The position numbers were made by a program, and so were the translations under genes. Shown here piece after piece: positions 51,338-63,346 of a stretch of DNA of 64,000 bases. Source of the DNA: Orbicella franksi (taxonomy: Eukaryota); assembly GCA_964199315.1 (NCBI GenBank), contig OZ116712.1, positions 3,534,001 through 3,598,000 of the forward strand, read 5' to 3'. Each line of letters starts with the position of its first letter. Within the stretch, counting starts at the first letter, position 1. The notes under the pieces are model-generated. The model worked only from the letters and a program-made list of their open reading frames with translations. It was not told the origin of the DNA and did no database searches.

Positions 51338-52279
51338 CTAGTTGTCTAAACGAAATATTATTTTAACTAATCTTGTAATTTCATTTCGAATATCGTTCAT
51401 TCTCCACAAGTATAGAAATGGATTAAGCGAAGACGATAAAAATACAAACACTACAGATAAATGAAGTAATGACGCTGTCAGAGAATCGTATTCACTTCCC
51501 AATGTTAGCGAGAGCACAATGATTATACCAATGGGGGTGTAGCTAACATAAAAAATCGCTAAGATATAGAGGACCGTGTGTACAGATTTTCTATACTTAG
51601 CAACGTTGATCGTTGGTTGAGCAGATGGTCGAGATAAACAGTTGCGTTGAATCTGCTGCTGATGACTTCGGATTATTCGGAAAACTTTGGCGTAAGCTGT
51701 TGAGGTAACAATAAGGCAAGCTAATAGGCATGACATGGAAGCGATGTAAATTACGGGATTGTTATGGAGAATGGGCAGTACGCGACATATTGGAAACGGC
51801 AACATAATGAGATGAAGTAATGCCAATGTAGAGTAGACGCGAGGCACTATAAGCAGAGAACGTCGGGTCATATGCAGCCACCGTTCGATGGACATTAATG
51901 TGATGATAGAAGTGGTCATGGGAATAAAGTACGTTGCAGACCCGCTGGCGATTGCTACTACTGTTGGGTTAACAAGCGAACGTGATAGGTTTATTAACTC
52001 CATCACAGCGTAAAATGGCTGAGATATGAGTCCTGTGCTGAAGTCAGTAAAAGCCAAGCCCGCGAGCAGAATGTAAGATGGTGTTCTGAGAGACGGATTC
52101 CTCCAAATTGCCACCAAAACCAGAGCATTTCCGACCACTGCTACTGGCGATAAAATAGCGACAGCAATGGAAGCTGACCAAGTTATCATGATGTAAGAAG
52201 AAAAGCTGTGGTTCTTCTCATCATTTTCGAAGTTGGATACATTAGAATAACATGCGGAGGCCGTTGTGTTATTACACAT
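51338..52279 (-). CDS. GPCR-d-prime: intact class A GPCR (313 aa)
   Basis: gccATG start, 7TM, SIERW, LNPFLYLWR and helix 8. Confidence 0.93.
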   Translation of the reverse strand: MCNNTTASACYSNVSNFENDEKNHSFSSYIMITWSASIAVAILSPVAVVGNALVLVAIWRNPSLRTPSYILLAGLAFTDFSTGLISQPFYAVMELINLSRSLVNPTVVAIASGSATYFIPMTTSIITLMSIERWLHMTRRSLLIVPRVYSTLALLHLIMLPFPICRVLPILHNNPVIYIASMSCLLACLIVTSTAYAKVFRIIRSHQQQIQRNCLSRPSAQPTINVAKYRKSVHTVLYILAIFYVSYTPIGIIIVLSLTLGSEYDSLTASLLHLSVVFVFLSSSLNPFLYLWRMNDIRNEITRLVKIIFRLDN

Positions 52280-53319
52280 GGCTTTCTTACTCCTGGGGTA
52301 AAAGAGAGAGAGGCTGTGTCAAATTCACCTGGTGGAGGACTGCAGAGGCAGAACCTCAGGGTCTAAACCTTAACTTGGATCAAAGGACAGACAAGACTGA
52401 AGAAACTGGGTGATGCCCTATCTTCCTCTTTGCGAAAGGAGTGATGATGATGGCGAACTTTCTCCCATGATATGAATTTGGGTTAGTTTACCAGAAGAAA
52501 ACTATCACAAACTTCTTGTTAACCGTTTTCAAACTAATAGTGGTATGTACCGTTCATAGGCAAGGTTTATTTTGAATTTATCTTCTTTTCTGTGATTACA
52601 TATTTACCTATAAAAGGATGAAAACAATAACACTAAAATTAATTTTAAAAGCATCTGTCGTTGTAGCTCAGTATTTTGTTGAATTTCAATTCAATAAGGT
52701 CGAAATATGAACCTTGAATAATTGAACAATTAACTCTAGTCAGTAAACAACGTAAGAATATAAAGGAAAATTTGTCATTTCTGTATGTAATTATAATCAA
52801 GACGATTGCGGAAAGAGAGATTGTAAATATCCATATGCCTGCTGTTCAGAATTTCATAGTTTAAAATTGAAAGGTTATGTACTACTTTAATTATGCCAGA
52901 AAATAAAAAAACTCGTTTCTCTTCATTTTTCTTCAACATATCCAAATTAAAGTTTTCAATTTGTACTTATACGAACCTAGTCATGCCCAGTCGTAATATT
53001 CAGTGCCATTATCAAACACTAATTACTTCACTGGATTATTGGAAACGAACCTTAACATTGCAACTCTGATGAAGGTGGACAGAAGCAATCGAAAGTTCGG
53101 TATAGAAAAAACAGATCGGATAACAAAAAAACCTTAACGAATTATTAGGGATTTAACACTACATTCATACAGCAGCTTTGTACATGTAAATTAAGTGTGT
53201 AGTTTACCTGAGAAATTTATTATACATGCTCTCTTACATTTTGAATGCTTCTCTACGAAATATATGTACTCATTTATACTTATGACTTTGAATATTAAAT
53301 ACATATTCGCATAAAAGAT

Positions 53320-54261
53320 CTAGTTGTCTTTGCAGAGTATTATTTTAACTAATCTTTTAATTTCATTTCGGATATCGTTCATTCTCCACAAGTAAAGAAA
53401 TGGATTAAGTGAAGAAGACAAAAATACAAACATTAAAGATAGATCAAGTAATGACGACGTCAGAGACTTGTACTCACTTCCCAAAGCTACCGACACCGCA
53501 AAGATTATACCAATGGGGGTGTAGCTAACATAAAAAATCGCTAAGATATAGAGGACCGTGTGTACAGATTTTCTATACTTAGCAACGTTGATCGTTGGTT
53601 GAGCAGATGGTCGAGATAAACAGTTGCGTTGAATCTGCTGCTGATGACTTCGGATTATTCGGAAAACTTTGGCGTAAGCTGTTGAGGTAACAATAAGGCA
53701 AGCTAATAGGCATGACATGGAAGCGATGTAAATTACGGGATTGTTATGGAGAATGGGCAGTACGCGACATATTGGAAACGGCAACATAATGAGATGAAGT
53801 AATGCCAATGTAGAGTAGACGCGAGGCACTGTAAGCAGAGAACGTCGGGTCATATGCAGCCACCGTTCGATGGACATTAATGTGATGATAGAAGTGGTCA
53901 TGGGAATAAAGTACGTTGCAGACCCGCTGGCGATTGCTACTACTGTTGGGTTAACAAGCGAACGTGATAGGTTCATTAACTCCATTGCAGCGTAAAATGG
54001 CTGAGATATGAGTCCTGTGCTGAAGTCAGTAAAAGCCAAGCCCGCGAGTAGAATGTAAGATGGTGTTCTGAGAGACGGATTCCTCCAAATTGCCGCCAAA
54101 ACCAGAGCATTTCCGACCACTGCTACTGGTGATAAAATAGCCACAGCAATGGAAGCTAACCAATGCATTACGATGTAGGGAGAAAAACTGTGGATTTTCT
54201 CGTCAATTTCGAAGCTGGATCTGTTAGAGTAACAGACACAGGCCGTTGTGTTATTGCACAT
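53320..54261 (-). CDS. GPCR-e-prime: intact chimeric class A GPCR (313 aa)
   Basis: Full ORF. The termini are e-type; the central ~470 nt is nearly identical to d-prime. Confidence 0.93.
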   Translation of the reverse strand: MCNNTTACVCYSNRSSFEIDEKIHSFSPYIVMHWLASIAVAILSPVAVVGNALVLAAIWRNPSLRTPSYILLAGLAFTDFSTGLISQPFYAAMELMNLSRSLVNPTVVAIASGSATYFIPMTTSIITLMSIERWLHMTRRSLLTVPRVYSTLALLHLIMLPFPICRVLPILHNNPVIYIASMSCLLACLIVTSTAYAKVFRIIRSHQQQIQRNCLSRPSAQPTINVAKYRKSVHTVLYILAIFYVSYTPIGIIFAVSVALGSEYKSLTSSLLDLSLMFVFLSSSLNPFLYLWRMNDIRNEIKRLVKIILCKDN

Positions 54262-56681
54262 GGCTGCCTTTTTGCTAGGATAAAAGGAAGAGAGCCCGTC
54301 CCAAATCCACCTGGAGGAGGACTGCAGAGGCTTAACCTCAGGGTCTAAACCTTAACTGGGAGCAAGCTGCAGGCCTTGTAAAGGACTGACAGGAATGGCG
54401 AAAGTTTGATAACGCCCTATGCGCTACTTGGCGTTTTTAAGAACTGATGATGATAACGATGATACTGAATTCTCTCCTATGATACGACTTTCGGCTGCCT
54501 TACCAGAGGAAAACTCAGACTTCTTGTTAAACGTTTGCAAACATATAGTTGAATGTAACGGTCATGGCCAAGGTTTACATTACATTTCTCTTTCTTTTGT
54601 GATTGCATATTTGCCTATAAAAGGATGAAAATAATAACCCGGAAATTAATTTCTACGAATGCATTTTGAAAGCTTGATTAACATCGGTCAGTAAACAACG
54701 CAAAAATAGAAATGAAAATTTGTCATTTGTGCATGTACTTAATATATATATTTTACCAAGCCTATAAGCGGAACTCCTGGGCCGGGTTGGTCAAAGCCCG
54801 ATCAAGCTAACCCAGGATAAGCGAGAATTTTGGTTTGAGTTTTGTAACTTTGCGTTAAGATTTTCTGTATATTGTTTAGCTCTCTATTTTGAGTTTAAAT
54901 AATCTCAAACTACACAAAACAAAAACAGTGAAAAACATTTTTGTACGACAAGTTCACCTGACATAAGCTGCTATCCAACCGAAAACTAGCACTTGGTCAG
55001 CGGTCAACTTTAAAAAAGCACGAGGCCTCGATGAGCTATAAACTCGAGCCTGCGATATGGTCACCTGAAACTGGTCAGCGGATACCTTGTTTTGACAGGT
55101 GTAAATTGACCATAACAGGGATGTCCAATGTCAAAAGTGGACGCTATAAACCAAGGCTGCATGTCTCTGTCAAGCTATTAGCTGGAGTATGGCCGTCATC
55201 TTGAGCAACTCCGCCGCCGCCGCCATCGTCGTCATCGTTGTGCGTACACTCCCACGAGGAGTACCGCTAGCCATGATAACCATGCATGAAAAAATCAATT
55301 CATGGGTTTCCTTTTTTTCCTATATGAGTATGGTGCTTCCCTTGGCGGTATGGGCCGCCCAAGCTCCGCTATAATCAAGTTTAGATACTGAAGTTAACTG
55401 AATTGTTTTTTAAAGGCCTCAGGTAATCCTTCAGTGAATGTTGTTTTATCTGCATTACAGTTCTGTTTGGTTTGATTATTTAATTTTATCCACCTTCTAG
55501 CCCGAAATAATTTCGTTACAGTAAATTGAATTTTTAAGGAGATTGATGGTAAAATATGGCTTTGAATACAAACTGCAATTTGCTATAATCAACAACAACG
55601 GATTTCCGTTTGTTAAGTTACAACATTATTCTTTTGGAGTTCGCTTTATCTTCCAATCTTAAAACTAAGTGGGCTAATTAGATTGTGTTTAAACCTCGAT
55701 AGGTTTAATACATAACATATGCGAACTAGTAGTAGACAAGAAGTAACTTTGAGATAAAAACGCACAGTTTTAAATTTGCATAACATGTTTCGGATGACCA
55801 ACAGCCGTCTTCAGTGCAATCCCGTGTAATTTTTTTTTTTTTTTAAAAACAGGCATTATTTTTTCCTCTACTCAATAAATAAGGTGTTAACCGAATTTCA
55901 ACAATTCTTGCTGGATTTTTAGGGCCTGATGTCATCATATCCCGGATAGAACCGAACCATAACTTACTTAGTAAGTAGTATTGGCCGATAAAATAAAATA
56001 TGTTGCGTATTTGATACTAAGAGATCTCTCAGTGGATCCAAAAAGAGTGGGAATTAAATGATTTGCTAAGGGAAAAGAATTTAGAAGACTTGAAATCAGA
56101 TTTTTTTTTTATAACAATCATTTGTCCCAACACAGTCACGTTGAGCTAAGTCATGGCATTTGAGTTATTTTGGCCATGTACATAATTACCCTTAAACCAA
56201 AGGAAACCTGCAAATAGGAGATAACTAAGATAGAAAAACACCGGAGAGATAATAATAAACGATATAGGAACAAGGATAGTTGAAGATGGAGACGATAAGT
56301 AGACAACAGGGATTACAAACGAGGAACTTGTAAAATTTAGGCTAAACTTTTCAAGACGTGAAGCCATGACGTAGCTCCTTTAACACTTAATCGTGCGTCA
56401 CATTTCATTCCGTCATGAAGACATTGCTTACAAATCTGATTTTCGATGATCAGAATAAAAGTTGCGCAACAAGGCTTCATTGTGAGTTGAAAAACGTTGT
56501 TATGAACATTGCCACCCATGTTACAGTCTGTGACGACACGTTGCGCGAAATGGACGTGAGTTCCGAACCTTGTGCAACATTTTGGTAACATGAGTGGTAA
56601 TGCACCCGCAGTGACGCTTTCAAGTAATATATCAAACACGAGAGACAGTGTTTCATCGGGATATCCAAACACCGAGAAGAC

Positions 56682-57071
56682 ATGTGAAGGTGAATTAATC
56701 AACATGACACGAGCGTGGGACAAAGAAAAATTCTGAGTCCCCGACAGGAATCGAACCCATGACCTCCCGAACGCCGGGCGGGCGCTCTATCCACTGAGCT
56801 ATGAGAACTCATGGAGAGCAAGGTCATTTAACTGAGTTCATATATGATAGGTCTCCTGCATACTGCTAGGATCAACGCTATCGAATTCATCGTGAGTAGT
56901 GATAAGTTAATAAAGATGGTGAATTTTAAGCTCGGTAATGAAATGTGAAGGTGAATTAATCAACATGACACGAGCGTGGGACAAAGAAAAATTCTGAGTC
57001 CCCGACAGGAATCGAACCCATGACCTCCCGAACACTGGGCGGGCGCTCTATTCACTGAGCTACGAGAACTC
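56682..57071 (-). mobile_element. 390-bp A-B-A insertion with tRNA-like direct repeats (129-132-129 bp)
   Basis: Absent from the homologous site in unit 1 (~41856). The repeats start at 56682 and 56943, and each carries an A box (tagctcagtg) and a B box (ggttcgattcc) on the minus strand. Confidence 0.85.
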
Positions 57072-58947
57072 AGTTGAAAATGCGACGCGCAGCGGAGTAT
57101 TTGTGACGAATTTCGAGGTTTTTAGCCAAACGAACGAGTAAAATTGTCAAAATCTATGCTAATTAAAAACGGGTATCTAATCTCCTTCACGATTGCAATT
57201 TTCTTTGTTTCAACTTGACGCATTTATGAGTTTGAGAACTTGCAATGCAACATTGTTGCGCAACTATTTGCAAAAAAAAGGTTCTTATATCTACTTTGCC
57301 TTAAATTTGCAAGATTTTTTTCCTTGTAAAACTCAGTGTGTAATTTTCGCATGGAGCCTGATGTTTCATTTTTTTTTAGGCCATGTGGGGGCTGAAACGT
57401 TCTTAAGATATTCTTAGTCATCATTTCTGGCATTTCACCGCATGAGTCAATGGCTACGTGACCAGCGCATACAACTTAATAAGATGTCCTATAATGATCC
57501 ATGCAATAAGACGAGCTCGCTGTCTATGGTCATTTATCATTCATCATTCATCATTTATCATCGAGTACAACGCTAAAAGCATTTCGATATTAGACTTTAT
57601 AGACTTAAGTCTTATATTTCTCCAGAACTCATACAGCTGTCTTTTTTTCTTCAAAAGTTGTCAAAAAATTTTCTTTAGTAATTCTCGGCACGATGTGTGT
57701 TTTTCATTTGACGTTAAAACTTGGGTTGATCGCACCTTAACGTTCCAAGCTCTTTCAACAAAAAATTGTGTTCTAAGTGCAGTAAAACTGATCCAGGATA
57801 TTAGCTGCATAGGACGTTTTAATCATATTAAAAGTCATCATTGCATCTAAAACACTTGCAGGCATTCCCGCAGGTTGTGAGCAGAAGTTTCTGGGCGAGA
57901 CAGAAATGCGATCTGGGGACACAGAAAGATCTAAGTGGGCGAGAAGAGAAAGAAAGGTAGACAGGTGGGATTTATATTACAAAGAGACCTGCAAAGACAC
58001 AAATCCGTAAATTAAAAGGCGACAGGTTCCATTTAACCTAAATGTTTATTACTTTAAACAGCTAAGTACGATCCATTTTCAGTGGAGTCCTTAGTTACCA
58101 AGTAAACAAACGGAAGTTTACAGTGTTACCTCATTGCCTATTAGACAGACTTGGTATGGGTATTGGTATAACAATGGCAAGCGTAGTTTATTATTTGCAC
58201 TACGAGCGATATTGGAAAATTCTCTCAAAATTGCGTAAGCCTTATTTAATGACAGTGAAATTTGGAAAATTTTAATAATTACGAGTAATGCAACTATGAC
58301 TCGTATACGATTACTTATTTATTATGACTGGGAAAATTATGAACACAAGCACGTTAATTTGCATTGCAGTCTGGTGTTTTCGCAAATATCACGTAAGCTC
58401 GCCTAAATATCTTTCTGGGAATTCTAAAACAATCTTCTAAATATCACTAAACAAGTTTCTAAATATCTCGAAAAACCCTCTAAATATGTATTATTTTTTT
58501 CATAAAAGCACCGATTTCGAATCGCTTTGGCCAAAATTTGCAGAATTTTCTTGCACTAGTAGGACTTGGGGAAGAAGATTCATGCACTCAGATGTTTCCA
58601 GCGTCCCCCATTTGGGAAAATTGCCACCTTAGCACTTTCAGTGATATGGATTACATTTTTCGAGTCGGAAATCGCTGAGCTGAATTGTTTCTGGCATAGA
58701 ACTGAGTATTGTTTCAAGAATACAGCGAGGAAAATAGAACGCAACTCCTTATATTTTCCGAGGAAAGGTAGATAAAAATTCTAAAGGTGCAATGATTGTC
58801 GTCGTTCGGTCATACTGAAAAGATTGCACTAGTCCAAAAAATTAATGGGTGGCTTTTTCATTATAAATATTGAAATGAGAAAATCTTGCCAAATCTAATG
58901 ATCGGCGCGCGCGGGGTAGGGGTTTGCCCTCGGCCCCTGGTAATTGG

Positions 58948-59353
58948 CCCAGGGGGGTACTTCCAGAAAAGTTGAGTGGGGGTGTGCGGCCCACTTCCCG
59001 AAACCCTTACCCTCTTTATGACCAATATCTGCGTTTTTTGCTACCCTATTGATGACCTGACTAAAAATTCGATAGCCTATTCATGACCGTTGCGGCTGAC
59101 ACAGTTTAATTGCCCTGAACATACGTTATGAAGGGCTTTTGCTGAAGGTCTTATTGATAATGATGAAATAGTAGCTTCTGCTAAGAAACATACCCAATTC
59201 AAGACTAGAGTGCTAAAACCATACCCAATTTATAACCAAAATGGCCAAAATCGATACCCTATTTATAACCCAAACGGCTGAAAAACCCTACTCTTTGGGG
59301 CCTCACATACAGATACCTATATAGCCCATATAAGGAAGTACCCCCCTCCCGGG
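58948..59353. mobile_element. MITE (~400 bp)
   Basis: TIR cccaggggggtacttcc / ggaagtacccccctcccggg. Confidence 0.75.
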
Positions 59354-60472
59354 TACTTCCTTTCACGTTACAACTTGTGTGGCATTTTGACGAAGCTGGT
59401 GCAGCTTTCGTTGTATAAACGGCCCGATAAACGGATCCCGAAGTTTATTTTATGCGCTGTACAAGATACTAAAAGACAAGCATCAAGCATAAAACAGAAG
59501 TAAAGCCCATCATTCATCGCAAAACATAGTTCCATTCACGCGTGTCGTGTTCATTCAGGTTCATTTCCCAGCGAGGCAACCGGCAAGTGTTCGTTAATGT
59601 TGTTTTTCAAATTCGGGCATATAGCCCTCAAGCTCACAGTAGTCTTGGCAGTAGCACAGGATTCAGTTGCCATTAAACGGTAAATGAAAACATACGATTT
59701 TCTTCTTCTCGTAGTGCTACCTCTGCGGCAGAATTTATTGAAGGGTCAGGGCGACGGCTACGGTTAATTTCTGCAGACCGGCCGCGCCATTATTTACTTT
59801 TGGAGTCTTGCAAGTCTTGAGAATTGATCAACTTTAACGCAACCTTCACCTCAAAACTGGATCTAGAGTGTACAAAAGTATTAAAGGAAGCTATTTGCCA
59901 CTACTCAGAAGGTCAAGAAACGAACCTGAACGGAAGAAGACGTATTTTCACCGAGTGCTAGGGTTATGCAAATGACTTTGACACGAGCGATAGCTATGTA
60001 AACACACTGACTGTGGCAGATTTTAATCTGTTCTCGCGTGCAATCCAAGGAGATGCCCACCGGTTTGAACTTATAGAACGGTTTATTAGGTATGAAATTT
60101 ACTGTGATGCGCTTTTTAGGCTTCATTTAGACCCAACTTTTGAGATTTTTCCCGTCAAATTTGGCTAAATTTTAGTAGGTGATCAAAGGTCTCGGAGTAG
60201 GGTGTCTTCCAGCCTCGCTGGTAAGCTTAGAATTTTTCGAAAAGTTTCCATATTTCGTCAGTCAAAGTAATGAATGTACCTTAAAATTCGTATGAAAACG
60301 AAGTTCCTTGAGCTACATTTTAGGCGACGTAGCACGCTTCACAAAATCGGTGAATTTTACCTTTCTGATCACGGTCGGCAACCTCAGTTCGGTCAAAATT
60401 CAATTTTGGCTCGTAGCAAAGCAAAAATAAGGAATTGGAAAATAATAAATTGCTTTTTATATATATGTCTGG

Positions 60473-60907
60473 ATTTATGAAAACCGTGCTAAGTTCAACA
60501 CAACCACCCTGACACTTTTCCAAGAAAATACACAGGCTTTTTCACTCGATCAACCACAGGCACTCTGTCAACACACAGCCTACTCACCCACCTTGCTTGT
60601 GTCTGGCTGGCTGGCTGCCAGCCCCTAAGACTGCAGGACATCACTGGCCAATGCTGTCCTGCAAAGAAAATGAGCAGTTTTAACTGAGGAATGTGCCTCT
60701 CTCTGTGACCCACCCCACCCCCCTGGGGTTAGCTCCTGGTAGCCCCGCTTGGTATCAGCGCGTAGCCAGGTCCCAGGGCTATCTTCCCCCACCCTCCTTG
60801 ACGGAAGCCCCCCTGGCTTTTCAAGCACCGCAAAGGCCTCCCTGCCGGCTATCGCCGGCAGGCAGGCGCGAAAGTTTTGCCCCAAATTTGACACGGTTTT
60901 CATAAAT
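60473..60907. mobile_element. GC-rich TIR-bounded element (435 bp); MITE or non-autonomous DIRS-like element
   Basis: 16-bp perfect (23-bp imperfect) TIR atttatgaaaaccgtg, with an internal 9-bp-stem hairpin at 60841-60862 and no evident TSD. Confidence 0.7.
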
Positions 60908-60981
60908 TTAAAATTTAAAATTAAAATTAAAATTAAAATTTTACCAGAAGAAAACTATCCCTAAACTTCTTGTTAAACGTT

Positions 60982-62556
60982 TTTAAACTCGTGGATACGC
61001 GAAGCGTAGAAACGTGTTTCTTGCGGGGACTCCGATATGCAAATGTGTCACTCACTCACTCACTCACTCACTCAGGTGTAGACACTGTTCGTAATTAGTC
61101 GGCCCGAACGAGAGCGCCCGAGCCCGACGCCATATTGGAATAGTAACCGTGCAGTCAGCGCGAGCCTCGCTATCGTGTTTGCGCGGTTACTACTCAAAGG
61201 ATGCATCGTGCCAGCCCGAATTGATGATTTTGTAGCTTTTACACGACCATTAATGTTAGGTATTTCGCTAAATTGAAGTGGAGTTGACTTCGAATGTTCG
61301 AATTAGTACTACGGCCAACTTGAGCGCTGAATTTCATGAGCATTTGACTCGTCCAGGCGTTCAAAATGACCAGGAGATGAGCACTTGTTTGCTGGAAAGT
61401 GACCTACTAATGTGGTAAGCTTTGATGAGAATGTGTCTTACTCGAGGACCTTAATGAACTTATATGAGCGAAACGAACACTTCTCAACGAACGAAACCAG
61501 GACAAACACCGACACCATTATATAATATTGTAATTTCATTTTTATAATTAGTAACATCTAAACCTGAGGCCAGCCGAAATATTGTTTTGAATAGACCTTG
61601 TGTCAGCCTTGCAGTAGTGTTTGACTTATTATCGTTTTACTTTTCAAGTTTGGCTGCTTAGATCTCCTGTGAGATCCAATGTTCAATCAAGCTGGACCTT
61701 CGTTCAGAGCTTTGCAGCTTATAGTACTTACGTTTTTCATGTTGAGTAGACCACGTTCAACCGACATCGAGTTAAGTTTAGATTAAAGTTGTGTTCTCTA
61801 TACTTGTCTTGTTTATTTTAGTATATTGATCTGAACTCTGAGTGGAATGTGAAATGCACATAAACTTGGAAAAAAAATCCCAGACACTTGATTTTGATAA
61901 GCTTAAATGATTTTTACCCTGTCTTGTGTTTACACTTTTGCTTCCCGATTGAAAAGATAACAAAGGGAAAGAAACACTATGTGAGCTCGTAGGAGCACAT
62001 GTTTATGGGTGGACAGATGTTTTGGATCAACACTGAAAATGCTTGCAAAAGAGGCTACTTATTCTAATGTATTTTACGTGCAATATATATAGAGACAAGC
62101 AGTTCCACATTGGAAAGAAGTGCTGTCTCATAAGAAACCTTACCTATAGCCTTGAGTGAAATGCACTGAAGAAGGTCTGTAAGCTCGTACAACTTGAATA
62201 CATGCAAATTTTCCCAGCAGGCAGACATACATCAACATCAAGATCTGGGTGTATGTATGTTGGGGGGGGGGGTGGCGGGCGGGGGGGGGGAGTAGTCTAT
62301 TAATTTTTTTGGCAGGAGTGTCTTGTGTGACCCAAGAACCCTTAGCCTTTACCACTCCATGTTCAGCTGCAATTTTGCAACGGGCAACGAAATCCAACAA
62401 AAACAGCCTACGCTTTCTGAGATAAGTGCGACCTTGCGTGGTACGAACCCCGCTTGTTTTAACAGTCCTTAAAAATACACCAATAATTACAAGTTCGTCA
62501 ACATGTTTCATCTCTAGATTACTTAATCCACGAGTTTGACCATAGGTCTCCTTTGA
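60982..62556 (+). mobile_element. Helentron-associated (HINE/DINE-1-like) non-autonomous element (~1.57 kb)
   Basis: 12-bp subterminal IRs aaactcgtggat (60985) and atccacgagttt (62526), a (CACT)n microsatellite near the 5-prime end, a small 3-prime hairpin gaccataggtc, and insertion into a T-run without a TSD. The empty site is seen at 37751-37765. Confidence 0.65.
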
Positions 62557-63346
62557 TTCAAACTAATAGCGGCATGTACCGCTCATAAGCAAGGTTTATA
62601 TTGAATTTATTTTCTTATCTGTGATTACATATTTGTCTATAAAAGGATGAAAACAATATAACCAAAATTAATTTTAAAAGCATCTGTCATTGTAGCCCAG
62701 TATTGTATTGAATTTCAATTCAATAAGGTCGAAATATGAACCTTGAGTAATTGAACAATTAGCACTAGTCAGTCAACAAAGTAAGAATATAAAGGAAAAT
62801 TTGTCATTTGTGTATGTACTTATAATCAAGATGTTTGCGGAAAGAGAGATTGTAAATCTCCATATGCCTGCTTTTCAGACTTTCATATAGTTTAAAATTG
62901 AAAGGCTATGTACTACTTTAATTATGCCAGAAAAAAAATAACTCGTTTCTCTTCATTTTTAAAATTATCGTCAACATATCCACATTAAAGTTTTCAATTT
63001 GTATTTATACGAACCAAGTCAGTTGTAATATTCAGTTCCATTATCAAAAACTCATTACTTCATTGGATTATTGGAGACGAACCTTAACATTGCAACTCTG
63101 ATGAAGGTGGGCAGAAGCCACCGAAAATTCGGTATAGAAAACACAGATCGGATAACAAAAAACCTTAAGGAATTAGGGACTTATACTACATTCATACAGC
63201 AGCTTTGTACATGTAAATTAAGTGTGTAGTTTACCTGATAAATTTATTATACATGCTTTCTTACATTTTGAATGCTTCTCTACGAATATATGTACTCATT
63301 TATGACTTATGACTTTGAATATTAAATACATATTCGCATAAAAGAT

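Larger units (their letters stand above)
44171..58728. repeat. Segmental duplication unit 2 (~14.6 kb; GPCR b-prime, c-prime, d-prime, e-prime)
   Basis: Homology to unit 1 starts at tttttaataa (29431/44171) and ends at aatacagcga (43586/58728). Confidence 0.95.

Noticed and set aside
56720-57071. Functional tRNA genes
   Set aside because: The anticodon arm and loop are non-canonical, and the repeats are part of an insertion absent from the paralogous site.
62140-62511. 123-aa ORF inside the HINE-like element as a Rep or transposase fragment
   Set aside because: No recognisable catalytic motifs; it runs through poly-G tracts.
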